Source of the DNA: Octopus bimaculoides | Taxonomy: Eukaryota | Direction: 5' to 3' | Assembly (NCBI RefSeq): GCF_001194135.2 | Contig: NC_068985.1 | Coordinates: forward strand, 1,896,259 to 1,932,717 | DNA length: 36,459 nt | Shown here: positions 1 to 11,449 of the stretch, one piece after another | Layout: each line of letters begins with the position of its first letter | Position numbering within the stretch: position 1 is the stretch's first letter | The notes under the pieces: model-generated | Databases searched by the model: none | Told to the model about the DNA's origin: nothing | Seen by the model: only the letters and a program-made list of their open reading frames with translations | Made by a program: the position numbers and the translations under genes

Positions 1-2156
1 ATCATCATCATCATCATCGATTAACGTCTGTTTTCCATGCTGGCATGGGTTGGACGGTTTGACTGAGGTGTGGAGAGCCAGGAGGCTGCACCAGGCTCCA
101 GTCTGATCTGGCAGTGTTTCTACAGCTGGATGCCCTTCCTAACACCAACCACTCTGAGAGTTGTAGTGGGTGCTTTTTACATGCCACCAGCACAGGAGCC
201 AGTCAACCAGACCTGGCATCGACCATGGTCAGATGGTGCTTTATATATGCCAGCATCACAGGAGCCACTCAGGGGGCACTAGCTCCAGCTACGATATTTG
301 TTTTTACTTTACTCAACAGGTCTTCTCATGCATATCATATCGCCCAATGAATCAGGGCTGGACATGTGTGGCTGCTATCTCACTCTAGTTTCCAGGTCTT
401 CTCCATCACAGCATATCTCCAAAGATCCCCCATCTCATCCCATGTCTTCCTAGGTCTACCTCTTCCACAGGTTCCTTCCACAGTTAGGGTGTGGCACTTC
501 CTCACACACCTGTCCTCATCCATGTATAACACATGACCACACCAGCACAGCCATCTCTCTTCCCACCACATTCGAAGCTTCTTAGGTCCAACTTTTCTCT
601 CAAGGTGCTTACACTCTGTTGTGTATGCACACTGACATTACACATCTAGCAGATCATGCTAGCTTCATTTCTTTCAAGCCTATGCATGTCCTCAGCATTC
701 ATGGCCCATGTTTCCATGCCATGTAGCATGGCAGTTTACACACATGCATCATACAGTCTACCTTTCACCCTGTGTGAGAGGCCATTAGTTGCCAGCAGAG
801 GTAGGCGTTCCCTGAACTATGCCCAGGCTATTCTTATTCTAGCTGCTACACTCTCAGAGTAACCACCCCACTACAGACTTGGTCGCCTAGGTAGCGGAAC
901 CTCTTAACTACTTCTAGTTTCTTCCCCAGGCATGTGATGGAATCTGTTTTCTGTACATCTTCAGCGTTTATTGCCCCTGTGCATCTGCCACACACAAAAA
1001 CTATCTTCCAAGTTAACCTTCCTTTGATATTGCTGCACCTTTTATGTGTCCATAGCTTACACCAGGTACATTGTATGGAGTTTCTACCCACGCCTTTTCT
1101 ACAGATCAAGCAGGGCCATCTTCCTGAAGGGGGATGTGATTTGACAGCCTTCCTATTTACTAAGACTTTGGTTTCTGCTAGGTTAACCCTAAGGCCCTTC
1201 GATTCTTGACCTTGCTTCCACACCCTAAACTTTGTCTCTAGTTCTGGCAGTGACTTGGCCATTAGAATAAGGTCATCAGCATAGAGGAGCTCCCAGGGGC
1301 AGCATATCTTGAATTCCTTTGTTACTGTCAGGAGGAGTATGATGAATAAGAGGGGGCTGAGGACTAATCTTTGGTGAACCCCTATTTCTACTTGGAATTC
1401 TTCCCTATACTCGCTCCCAACCCTCACCTTACTGACAGCATCCCTGTACAGGGCCTGTACAGCTCTCACTAACCATTCTTCTATCCCAAGTTTCCTCATT
1501 GACCACCAGGTAAGGGATCAGGGGACCCTGTCAAAAGCTTTCTCCATATCAACAAAAGCCAAGTACAGAGGTTTATCTTTGGCTAGGTATTTCTCCTGAG
1601 GCTGCCTTACCAGGAATATAGCATCGGTGGTGCTTCTACCTGGCACAAAACCAAACTGCATCTCATCTAGGCTAACTCTCTCCCTAATTAGTTGGGCCAT
1701 GACCCTCTCTGTAACTTTCATCACCTGATCCAATACATTTGATACCCCTGTAGTTATTTCTATCTAAAGCCTCACCTTTCCTCTTGTAGTAGTTGACTAT
1801 GGTGCTGCTACACCAGTCATTGGGTATGACTCCTTCATGAACTACCTGATTTACGATGTGGGTGACAAGACCATAACCCACACTGCTTGATATTTTAAGC
1901 ATCTCAGCAGTGATTCCTGATGGGCCAGGTGCTTTCCCTGTCTTCATATCCTTAATTGCTTTACCTACCAGGGCACTGTCAATTCGGACGGCTGGTCCCT
2001 CAGTTGGGTCAACCTGTGGCAGACCCTCCTCCTCCTGTTCATTCTCCACATTCAGCAGTCTTTCATAATGTCTTCTCCAAGCCTTTTTCTTTGCAGAATC
2101 ATTAAACACAAGGGCACCATCATCCATGCGGACACATTTTCCTCCTATGACATCTA

Positions 2157-2160
<4 letters not shown>
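1..2160 (-). mobile_element. 5'-truncated, inactivated RTE-clade LINE (linker + RT + PHD finger + C-terminus + 3'UTR + (GAT)n tail)
   Basis: Three consecutive minus-strand ORFs carry non-LTR RT motifs in order. ORF 1684-2127 has KAPGPSGITAEMLK and NNYRGI; ORF 1518-1733 has QFGFVPGRSTTDAIF and AFVDMEKAFDRVP; ORF 846-1499 has GVHQ..LSPLLF, LLYADDL, GLRVN..TK and FRYLG. They are joined by frameshifts, and there is an in-frame stop near 820 (WA*FRE). The 3' end terminates in (ATC)n at 1-18 on the plus strand. Confidence 0.95.
846..1499 (-). pseudogene. RTE reverse transcriptase fragment (YADD at 1272-1283) with embedded C4HC3 PHD-like finger (981-1112)
   Basis: Translation contains LLYADDLILMA, then C-x2-C-x10-C-x2-C-x4-H-x2-C-x14-C-x2-C, then EVVKRFRYLG. 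Confidence 0.9.

Positions 2161-2187
<27 letters not shown>
2161..2187. repeat. (TG)n microsatellite between two RTE copies
   Basis: Direct reading. Confidence 0.95.
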
Positions 2188-2188
2188 A

Positions 2189-2410
2189 CATCATCATCAT
2201 CATCATCATTTAATGTCTGTTTTCAATGCTCTCATGGATTGAATGGTTTGACAGGAACTGACAAGGCCTGGGGTTGCATCAGGTTCCACTGTTTGTTCTG
2301 GCATGGTTTCTGCAGGTTGATGCCCTTTTTAATGCCAAACATCAAAAACTGCCATCCGAATCGACAATACAGAGTGCACTGGATGCTTTTTGCATAGTAC
2401 CATCACCAGT
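2189..2410 (-). mobile_element. RTE 3' end fragment
   Basis: (ATC)n followed by tttaatgtctgttttcaatgc...tgcccttttaatgccaaac, a diverged match to positions 1-200. Confidence 0.8.
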
Positions 2411-2713
2411 GTTGAAACAATGAATAAGTAAATGAGTGAAAATCGAATCGGTGTGTGTGTGTGTTAATTAATAAGGCATTAAAAGAGAATGACTCTCCCC
2501 AGACACAAAAAAGCCCTTCAATAATTTCAAGATGAATGCAAGCTGTTGAGTTGCAATACACCAAACACTGGTGTGTGTGTGTGTGTGTGTGTGTATATTT
2601 CCCAAACAACACTTATAATAATATATATATATATATATGTGCATGTATGTATGTATGTATTAATATATAATATGTGTGTGTGTCAGTTAATGAATGAGAT
2701 AAGAACAGGCGTT

Positions 2714-2942
2714 ATGTAATCACCTTCATGAGCTGACAGCTGTCTCTGCAACAAGAAACGGATCCCTCACAACTGAGTGTTTGAGCAACATCCTATATAG
2801 GGCAGTAATTTAACTGCTTCCTAAAAATAAACATACATTTCATTGACTCTGATGAAACCATGGGATTTTGTGTGAGCACAGAGCTCTGAGTGCATTAATT
2901 CTTACAGCAGAAACAGCTGTAAGCCAATAAAAGTGATTACAT
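2714..2942. mobile_element. Degenerate fold-back (MITE-like) element, same family as 29256-29462
   Basis: atgtaatcaccttcatgagctgacagctgtctctgc pairs imperfectly with gcagaaacagctgtaagccaataaaagtgattacat. Confidence 0.6.
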
Positions 2943-3100
2943 GATTACAGTTCTTGAATTGTTCATTAACTGATATTACACTCTGTACTCTGCATATATT
3001 CTATTCTGAAGCATAAGTATGTTGGATTCTAACAGCTGGTTATCTGCATCATACATGCTTACATAAATACATACGTAGATACATACATACACGCGTGCAT

Positions 3101-3102
<2 letters not shown>

Positions 3103-3163
<61 letters not shown>
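3103..3163. repeat. (GT)n microsatellite
   Basis: Direct reading. Similar tracts lie at about 4799-4848, 17240-17326, 24867-24990 and 28400-28505. Confidence 0.95.
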
Positions 3164-3166
<3 letters not shown>

Positions 3167-3649
3167 GGGAGAGTGAAAGACTGTATGAGCAACAGTGAAT
3201 AAAGACGGGAGAAATAGAATTTATACAGAGAGAAAAATAAACTGATTTCAAGATATAGTGAAGTATGGAGAAAATATAAAGTGAGGGTTGGAGAAAAGAG
3301 AGAGGCAAGTGGAGAGAAAGAGAGAATATTTTGCATATATCTGGAGAAAGAAGGGGAAAAGAGTGAATTGTGATGAAGGAGAGCAATGAAAAAAGAAAAA
3401 AGAGAGAGAGAGGAATTTATGTAGGGGGAGCAAATGGAATGTCGATACAATGCAAGAGAGAGAGAGAGAGAGAGAAATGGCGAGTTTATATAGTAAGAGG
3501 GGGAAGCAGATTGAATTTTAAAAATCAAAGGAAGCAAGTTAATTCAATGAAAGATTTAATGCTGAACAAGATTTAATTCAAAGTAAAACAGGATTTTTTA
3601 TTTTTTATACTTTCCAACATGGAAGTCCAGGAAGAAGGAAAGGCAGGAG

Positions 3650-4085
3650 TAGAGTGGTGGTGGTGGTGGCAGCGGTGGGGGCAGCGGTGGTGGCAGTGTC
3701 GGTGGCGGTGGAGGTTGCAGTGGTGGTGCTGCTGGTGGACGTGGTGATGGTGGTAGACTGGTGTTTAGTGGAGTTGTTGATGGTTGTGATAAGTGCTGCG
3801 CTGGTGTATGTAGAAGCCATAGTGTTAAAGGTATTAATGGTAATACCATGATGGTAGTGGTTGTGGGGATGTTATGGATGATGGCTGGGATAATGGTGAG
3901 AGTAGAAATACAGTCGGAGGTGTTGGAGATGATGAAGTAAGTGGCGGCAGTTTTTTTGCTTGGTACTGGGCGCCTTCATAATGGAGGTGGTTTTGAGAAT
4001 GGAAGAAAAGGTATTGGTGGCAACGAAAGCAGAGGTGACGACAATGAGTTCAGGGGTGGCAGTGATGGTGGTGATGGCTAGGGAA
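3650..4085. repeat. Decayed (GGT)n-like G-rich low-complexity tract
   Basis: GGTGGTGGC repeats grading into degenerate G-rich sequence; source of the poly-Val, poly-Pro and poly-Thr ORFs. Confidence 0.8.
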
Positions 4086-4303
4086 CATAGCCTCAGGGGT
4101 GTTCCGAACAGTATTGGTGTTAAACAAGGAGTGGCCGAGACCGTTTTTGTAAAAATTATTGAAATGTTAATATATTTGTGGGTCACTGAGCAGTTGTTGG
4201 TTCTTACAAAGTCTCTTTTGCCATGATTTACTTAATTTTCGCCAGGGACAGAAGAGAGAGGATATCTTTAGATGTAAGATATGATACAATGTGTGTGTAT
4301 ATA

Positions 4304-4640
4304 TCATCATCATCATCATCATCGTTTAACGTTCGTTTTCCATGCTGGCACGGGTTGGATGGTTTGACTGGGGTCTGGGGAGCGAGGAGGCTGCACCAGG
4401 CTCCAGTCTGATCCGGCAAGGTCTCTACAGCTGGATGCCCTTCCTAACACCAACCACTCCGAGAGTGTAGTGGGTGCTTTTTATGTGCCACTGGCACAGG
4501 GGCCAGAGGGGGCTGGCAACGACCGTAATCGGTTGGTGCATTTTACCTGCCACTGGCACAGAAGCCAGTCAAGGTGGCGATGACATCAGCCGCACCTTTC
4601 TGTCTGGTGATGTCGTTCATAGCCCAATGTGTTGTCTGAC
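4304..4640 (-). mobile_element. RTE 3' end fragment
   Basis: (ATC)n then gtttaacgttcgttttccatgctggcacgggttggatgg...cagctggatgcccttcctaacaccaaccactcc, highly similar to 1-300. Confidence 0.9.
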
Positions 4641-4794
4641 ATATTGTCTTTGAGGAGAATACTCTCCCAAGATTATTTCTGCAGCGACTGGTGTTCGCAC
4701 ATCCAAGAGTTCACAAATGTGTTAATATGATTGTATTCTCACACACACACACACACTCATGTGCACGCACATGCACAGACACAGACACACATGC

Positions 4795-4851
<57 letters not shown>

Positions 4852-6489
4852 GTGCAAATCGCTCCTATTGGAAGAATCCTTTCTCTCAATTCCACTCAGA
4901 ACTTATCTATTTGGTACCAGTGTTATTTGCATGATTTACCTCTCGCATCCTGTTACGGTTTGGGGTTAGTGAAGGTGATTATTCGGAGCCTAGGTGGAAT
5001 TTGAACTCTAAATGCAACAAACCAGAACAGATACAGTAAAAGCATTTTGTCGATTACTTTAACAATTCCATTAATCTGCTTTACTTGTGCTGACATTCAC
5101 CTGGAGTGGGTTGATGTGGCTCTGATCATCAATGAGTTCCCCATGTCCCTCACAAATGCTGATCATCAGGCAAAGTAATGCTTCAGCCTGCAGTCCACAT
5201 ATCTAGCTTGCAGATTTAACAAATGCTCCACCAGGTGAGCCATAGTCGTCATCCATTGTTGAGGTGTGGAGTTAATGTTCAAAGTTTCAATGAGAAAATA
5301 AGTTCCCACGTCGATCTGTTGCTATGGTTAGGCACAATTTGTTAATTTGAAAATCATGGAAAGCAGCATTGACTTCATCAGGATTTGAACTCAGGGCATA
5401 GGTATCCAGAGTCATCATATCTCATGGCAGGATTTATCAAATAAGTTCTAATGGATATAATCCAAGTTGCTTATTTTCCCACTCATCAATTGCATCACCC
5501 TGGACTGCTGGATGCATTCAATTTTCTAATTAAATACTTTTTACTTGCAAAAAATGGTAGAATGTCTGACAAAATGTCTTGCTGGGTAATATTCAATCAT
5601 TACAGCCAGAGTTAAAACCCTGTTGGGGTCAACTGAGTCCTTGTTTTTCTGGCAGTTTTAAACTACTTGCCATACATTTATCTTAAGCACTTTAATTGAC
5701 ATCTTCCACAAGTTAAACAAAAAGCACCTGCATAGTGATTCAATCCACTAGAAATAGCAGCCATCTCCCAAATCACACACACACCTCTCTTTAAAACAGA
5801 AAACAACATTGAATATAATGTAATCCTGAAAAACTAGACTGGATGGTTATGAGTGTAACTCATTTCAAAGGTTTGTTCAATGAAGGTTGGAAGTTGTCCC
5901 TCGGCTATTGTGAGACATCACTGAGTGCTAGAAACAGCAGTGGTGGCAAATATTGTAATCATTAGCAACATGCTTAAATATTCTGGTTTCAAATCCCAGT
6001 AGAATAGATTTGGTTTTTGATTCATCAGTGTATGGTAGGGGCCACTAACAAATTGTATTTTTCCTTCACTGGCGTTGGATATATTTACTGGCCTTGCACC
6101 TATGTAAGGAATCATTTGATTGGTTAAGGCAATGGACTGAAAGACAGTGGATTGGAAGAGCAGAGGACACATTGGCTCATATTAATCAGAAGCCAAGGCC
6201 ATCAGCTGTCAGAATCCTTAGCTGGACAAAATGGAAGTTCAAATTCTACCAAGGTCATCATTTCAGAGGTCGATAAAATATATACCAATGAAGCACTAAG
6301 GCCAATGTAAATTACTCCCCCACCCCACCCCCACAAAATTTCAGGCCTATAATACAAAGGATTATTTAATTACAAGCTTTAATGTACTGAGTTCAAATGG
6401 AACCGGTATCAATGTTGTCTTTCCTATATCCAGAGATTATAAATGAAGTATTGGGGTTGAAGAAATTCACTGTTCCTCAACAATGATTA

Positions 6490-6496
6490 TTGTTAC

Positions 6497-6550
<54 letters not shown>

Positions 6551-6970
6551 TATTGGGTGAGAGAGCAGTGCATGCCATCAAAGTGACACTGGGGTAAAAT
6601 ATACGAAGCCCATTATACCCATCATGACAACCCGTCTGATAAGGGTACACCAGGCACGTGCATCACCACCATAAGTGTGTGACAAGATGATCTCATATCA
6701 AAATATCAAAAGGCCCAGTTAGCTCATCCTGCTCAAAGGCCCTTGAATAAGGGTTAAGGAGGATGAATGAAACACCCATATTTCCAGGGGTGAATTATTC
6801 AAACCCCAAAGAATTCTTCTCACAATCAGCATGATACACACATGGTCAGCCAATAAGGGGCTCAACTGGTTAAGGTCAAGCAAATCTGTGGAATTGAACC
6901 GAATATTTGCTGCAGCCCATCTTTTGCACCAAGACTAAGTATGTGCATGTTAACACTTCCAATCGGTTAC
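6490..6970 (-). mobile_element. Unclassified interspersed repeat with (AAT)n tail; same family as 34610-35075
   Basis: tacaccaggcacgtgcatcaccaccataag...tctcatatcaa is the near reverse complement of 35020-35075; the (TAT)n tract at 6495-6553 reads as a 3' tail. Confidence 0.7.
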
Positions 6971-7469
6971 CATTATCATTATTATTATTATTAGTGTTGT
7001 TGTTATGATTATTGTAGCTGCTGCTGCTGCTGCTGTTGGTGGTTACGCTGTTGTTTCAGTAAAGTAACACTGCCACAATGAATCGATGAAATATATTCAG
7101 TAATGAAATACACCTGATATAATTCTCTTGCAGTATCAAAGAAAACAATTTGATTACACTTTATGTTGAATAATTAAGTTCAACTACATTTTATATATTT
7201 ATACACATACCACACAATACACACACACAAACATATGCACATAGGCACACATGCACATACATACACACACACACACCTGCTCATGCACATATACAGATAC
7301 ATGTGTATGTATGTGTGGTTGAGTGTGTGTATATCTGTATGCACATGCATGTACGTTTGCAAATACATACATACATACAGGCTCCTGCACCTAAATGCAA
7401 ATACACATATGCACACCTCTGCATACATAGTTAGACACACAATCATATATATATATATATATATATATA

Positions 7470-8070
7470 NNNNNNNNNNNNNNNNNNNNNNNNNNNNNNN
7501 NNNNNNNNNNNNNNNNNNNNNNNNNNNNNNNNNNNNNNNNNNNNNNNNNNNNNNNNNNNNNNNNNNNNNNNNNNNNNNNNNNNNNNNNNNNNNNNNNNNN
7601 NNNNNNNNNNNNNNNNNNNNNNNNNNNNNNNNNNNNNNNNNNNNNNNNNNNNNNNNNNNNNNNNNNNNNNNNNNNNNNNNNNNNNNNNNNNNNNNNNNNN
7701 NNNNNNNNNNNNNNNNNNNNNNNNNNNNNNNNNNNNNNNNNNNNNNNNNNNNNNNNNNNNNNNNNNNNNNNNNNNNNNNNNNNNNNNNNNNNNNNNNNNN
7801 NNNNNNNNNNNNNNNNNNNNNNNNNNNNNNNNNNNNNNNNNNNNNNNNNNNNNNNNNNNNNNNNNNNNNNNNNNNNNNNNNNNNNNNNNNNNNNNNNNNN
7901 NNNNNNNNNNNNNNNNNNNNNNNNNNNNNNNNNNNNNNNNNNNNNNNNNNNNNNNNNNNNNNNNNNNNNNNNNNNNNNNNNNNNNNNNNNNNNNNNNNNN
8001 NNNNNNNNNNNNNNNNNNNNNNNNNNNNNNNNNNNNNNNNNNNNNNNNNNNNNNNNNNNNNNNNNNNNNN
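7470..8070. other. Assembly gap (N run) flanked by (TA)n and (TG)n
   Basis: Direct reading. Confidence 1.
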
Positions 8071-8101
<31 letters not shown>

Positions 8102-8369
8102 GTGTATGCATACATATAGAACATGAAGACATATTTAAACACAGGCAAAACAAAAAGACACCCATATACCAATAGACATACATACATACATCCATACATA
8201 CATACACACACACACATAATATATACGTGTACCATTCACCCACAATCACACATATATAGACAGGCTTGAAAAATAAAAATAAAATAGATAATAGAATTGA
8301 TGAATAAATATCAAAGTAAAAAATCTAATATTTTACATAAAATTAGTTTTATGTTCAAACTTGTACATT

Positions 8370-8431
8370 GAATGTGGCTTGCATGTGTCTGAATGTGGCT
8401 TGCATGTGGCTGAATGTGGCTTACATGTGGC
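8370..8431. repeat. 21-bp minisatellite, about 3 copies
   Basis: gaatgtggcttgcatgtg(t/g)ct repeated. Confidence 0.85.
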
Positions 8432-8601
8432 TATGTCAGTGCATTTAAGTATATACGTGTGTGTGTATGGATATTTGCATATGTGTATATATAAAGCATG
8501 TGTAAGTATGCATGTTGTAGCCATGTGTACATGCATATATATGTGTTGATATCGCTGTGGCTGCACATACATGTGGACTGGAGTATTTCTGTATGTCTAT
8601 A

Positions 8602-8735
8602 CCATCATCATCATCATTAGCATCATCATCATCATTAACATCACCATCGACATCATTATCATCATCATCGTCGTCGTCATCGTCGTTGTTGTTATCATTA
8701 TTGTCATCATCATCATCATCATCATCACATCATTT
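8602..8735. repeat. Compound (CAT)/(CGT)/(GTT) trinucleotide tract ending in an RTE-like terminus
   Basis: Ends catcatttaacatccattttc, like the RTE 3' termini elsewhere in the window. Confidence 0.75.
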
Positions 8736-9056
8736 AACATCCATTTTCTGTGCTCGTTCACAGGAACCTGTCCAAATGTCCAACCTATACCAGCATGAGA
8801 CAAACATACATGCATATACTGCCATTGCACTTGCAGTGGAGCATGGAGCTTATAAGACCCATTCCTCTCTGGCCCCACCACATGTCCCTTCTCCCCCCCC
8901 TGCCACCCCCTGCAGAGAAGACACACGTTTTACAGGCACCAAAAACTTGCCTTCGACTCAGAGAGAGAGAAAGATTTTTATATTGTTGTGTGTGTGGAGG
9001 GTGTATGCGTATGCATGCATATTAGTACCTCTTTGTAAATTTGTGTATACTAAATG

Positions 9057-9125
<69 letters not shown>

Positions 9126-9174
9126 GAGAGAGAGAGAGAGAATAAAAAAAAACTTGTTGCTTTAGCGGTCAATC

Positions 9175-9420
9175 ATATCATATTTAATATGCACAAATTT
9201 ACAAAACAGTTACTAATAGTTTCATGCTGCAAAGATACAATAAATTGACAGATTGATATGACTATACCATGTACTTCCTAGCAATCTTTCAGGCTCAGTG
9301 CATATCATTAGATTGCTGGGAGGTACATGGCATCGTCATATCAATCTGCCAATTTATTGTATCTTTACAGCATGAAACTATTAGTAGCTCTTTTATGAAT
9401 TCCTGTATATTAAATGATAT
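9175..9420. mobile_element. Fold-back (MITE-like) element, about 110-bp arms and 22-nt loop
   Basis: tactaatagtttcatgctgcaaagatacaataaattgacagattgatatgac...gcaatct pairs with agattgc...gtcatatcaatctgccaatttattgtatctttacagcatgaaactattagta. Confidence 0.8.
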
Positions 9421-9545
9421 TTATCTCTTAATGGATGGAGTACATTTTTGTTGATCCTAGATATAACAAAAGAGCAAACTACTTACTTGCCTATCTATCT
9501 ATCTATCCATATATATTTATGTATACACACACACACACACACATA

Positions 9546-10262
9546 TCATCATCATCATCATCGTTTAACATCAGCTTTCCATGCTGGCATGGGCTGGACA
9601 GTTCGACTGAGGACTGGCGGCAAGCCAGGAGGCTGCACCAGGCTCCAATCTGATCTGTCAAGGTTTCTACCGATGGATGCCCTTCCTAACACCAACCACT
9701 CTAAGAGTGCAGTGGGAGCTTTTTACTTGCCACCAGCATGGGAGACAGTCAGGGAGCACTGGCAGCGAGCATGTTTGGATGGTGTTTTTTACATGCTCCT
9801 AGCACGGGGAGCCAGTCAGGCAGCACTGCATCAACCCACATTTGAATGGTGCTTATTATGTGCCACCTGTATGGGTACCAGTCAGGTGGCACTGGCATCA
9901 GCCATGACTGGCTCGGACAGGTCTTCTCAAGCACAGCTGTCACCTGGTGATTCAGAGTATGTTTAGGGCTATGTGACACTAGTATCGGACACAGCTGCAA
10001 TCTCACTTTACTCACCAGGTCTTCCCAATCACAGCATATCTCCAATGGTTTTGGTCTCCTGTCATTACCTCTGTGAGGCCCAATGTTCAAAAGTCATGCT
10101 TCACCACCTTATCACATGTCTTCCTGGGTCTCCCTCTTCTACAGGTTCCTTCCACTTTTAGGGTGTGTCACTTCTTCACACAGCTGTTTTCCTCTCCATA
10201 TGTAGCACTTGACCATACCAGCACAGTCATCTCTATTGTACACCACATTTGATGCTTCTTAT
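9546..10262 (-). mobile_element. RTE 3' fragment (C-terminal coding remnant + 3'UTR + tail)
   Basis: Colinear with about 1-620: same UTR, then gtcttcctgggtctccctcttctacaggttccttccact...tgtgtcacttc. Confidence 0.9.
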
Positions 10263-10294
10263 GTCCAACATCTGATGCTCAACTTTTTATGCCC

Positions 10295-10378
10295 AACCGA
10301 CCTGTCTTTTTAAGAGGTTTTCTCTCTTGTGTGTAGCTACACACAAGAGAGAAAACTTCTTAAAAAGACAGGTTGGTT
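10295..10378. repeat. 84-bp near-perfect palindrome with no loop
   Basis: aaccgacctgtctttttaagaggttttctctcttgtgtgtag followed by ctacacacaagagagaaaacttcttaaaaagacaggttggtt; 2 mismatched pairs. Confidence 0.95.
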
Positions 10379-10496
10379 CCTCTGCCAGATCAGACTGGAG
10401 CCTGGTGCAGCCTCCTGGCTTCCCAGGCCCCAGTTGAACCCATGCCAGCAAGGAAAACGGAAGATAAACGATGCTGATGATGGTGATGATGATGAT
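10379..10496 (+). mobile_element. RTE 3' end fragment, plus orientation
   Basis: ctgccagatcagactggagcctggtgcagcctcc...aacccatgccagcaaggaaaacgg...gatgatgat is the reverse complement of the terminus at 1-120. Confidence 0.9.
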
Positions 10497-10972
10497 ATAT
10501 GAATGTAAGATCTAAGGATCAAGGTGTAGCAAGTATGTTAGCCTGAAGCAAACCATGGAAAATATAAAAACAACTTCCAGGAACAATAGTGGTTTACTGA
10601 AGCGTAAGCTGACAAAAATGTTTTATATTTCATGGTAAGGCAGGCAGGATTGCCAGATTTGCAAATAAGATACAAGAGTTAAGGAATGGTGTGTATTGTC
10701 ATGTCTCTCCTTACGACAATGTAAACTTCATTTAAGTTAGACACCCTTGGCTTGAAGAGTATCCTGAGGTATACACCTTGCTTAGATATTTACCACTTCC
10801 AAAGTTTCACTCATTATGAAACATATGTAGCCCGGATATTATCCATTCCATTCTTTAACTCTTGTATATATATACATAAATTTTAAATTCAACTTATGTT
10901 GAAGGTCAACAAAGTTTGCTTTAGAAGCGTTGAGATGTATTGAAAGATAAAGATAAAGAAACAATTTTATTC

Positions 10973-11131
10973 TCAAACACAGGATAATGGTAATAATGTA
11001 GGATGAACAGGATAACAGGATAAACTACCCATATTTTGCAGAAAAATCTGTCAGTAGCCAACAAATTTTTCTGCAAAATATGGATGGTTTATCATGTTCA
11101 TCCTACATTATTACCATTATCCTGTGTTTGA
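10973..11131. mobile_element. Fold-back (MITE-like) element, about 70-bp arms
   Basis: tcaaacacaggataatggtaataatgtaggatgaaca...ccatattttgcagaaaaat pairs with atttttctgcaaaatatgg...tgttcatcctacattattaccattatcctgtgtttga. Confidence 0.85.
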
Positions 11132-11198
11132 ATATATATATATGAAATGTACTTGCATAGCAAGAGACCTGATCTGTGATTGTGTGCTGGAACGAAAG

Positions 11199-11430
11199 CA
11201 ATTGCAGCATGGAAGGTGTTTATAAACCATTTAAAATACACAAAAACCATTAGATTCACTTCAACATTTAAATTTAATTTGCCAAAATATTTTCATCGCT
11301 TTGAGACCCTAACCTGTTCACTGACAAAATTCCATGCACAGAAATATTTCGGTAAATTAAATTTAAATGTTGAAGTGAATCTAACAGTTTTTGTGTGTTT
11401 TAAATGGCTTATAAACACCTTCCACAATTG
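11199..11430. mobile_element. Fold-back (MITE-like) element, about 85-bp arms
   Basis: tggaaggtgtttataaaccatttaaaatacacaaaaac...aaatattt pairs with aaatattt...gtttttgtgtgttttaaatggcttataaacaccttcca; caattg occurs at both outer edges. Confidence 0.85.
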
Positions 11431-11449
11431 TTTTATATATATATATATA

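Noticed and set aside
70-388. Plus-strand ORFs recurring at each RTE 3' end (also 4223-4419, 9435-9966, 13644-14060, 32695-32916)
   Set aside because: They are antisense readings of the LINE 3'UTR; recurrence reflects repeat copies, not a gene family.
2976-3851. Overlapping ORFs of 60-160 aa (poly-HT, poly-Pro, poly-Thr, poly-Val)
   Set aside because: These are translations of (GT)n, purine-rich and (GGT)n tracts with no coding complexity.
3873-4081. Gly/Asp-rich frame MDDGWDNGES...GGSDGGDG resembling a glycine-rich structural protein
   Set aside because: The frame is broken by the T7 run near 3951, and it lies within a decayed GGT microsatellite.
5099-5205. Minus-strand exon candidate ICGLQAEALLCLMISICEGHGELIDDQSHINPLQ with donor CAG|GTGAAT
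   Set aside because: No credible polypyrimidine acceptor, and a stop lies immediately upstream in frame.
7180-8249. Longest ORFs in the track (268-351 aa); likewise 11180-11860 and 32643-33163
   Set aside because: They span N gaps and dinucleotide repeats and are artefacts.
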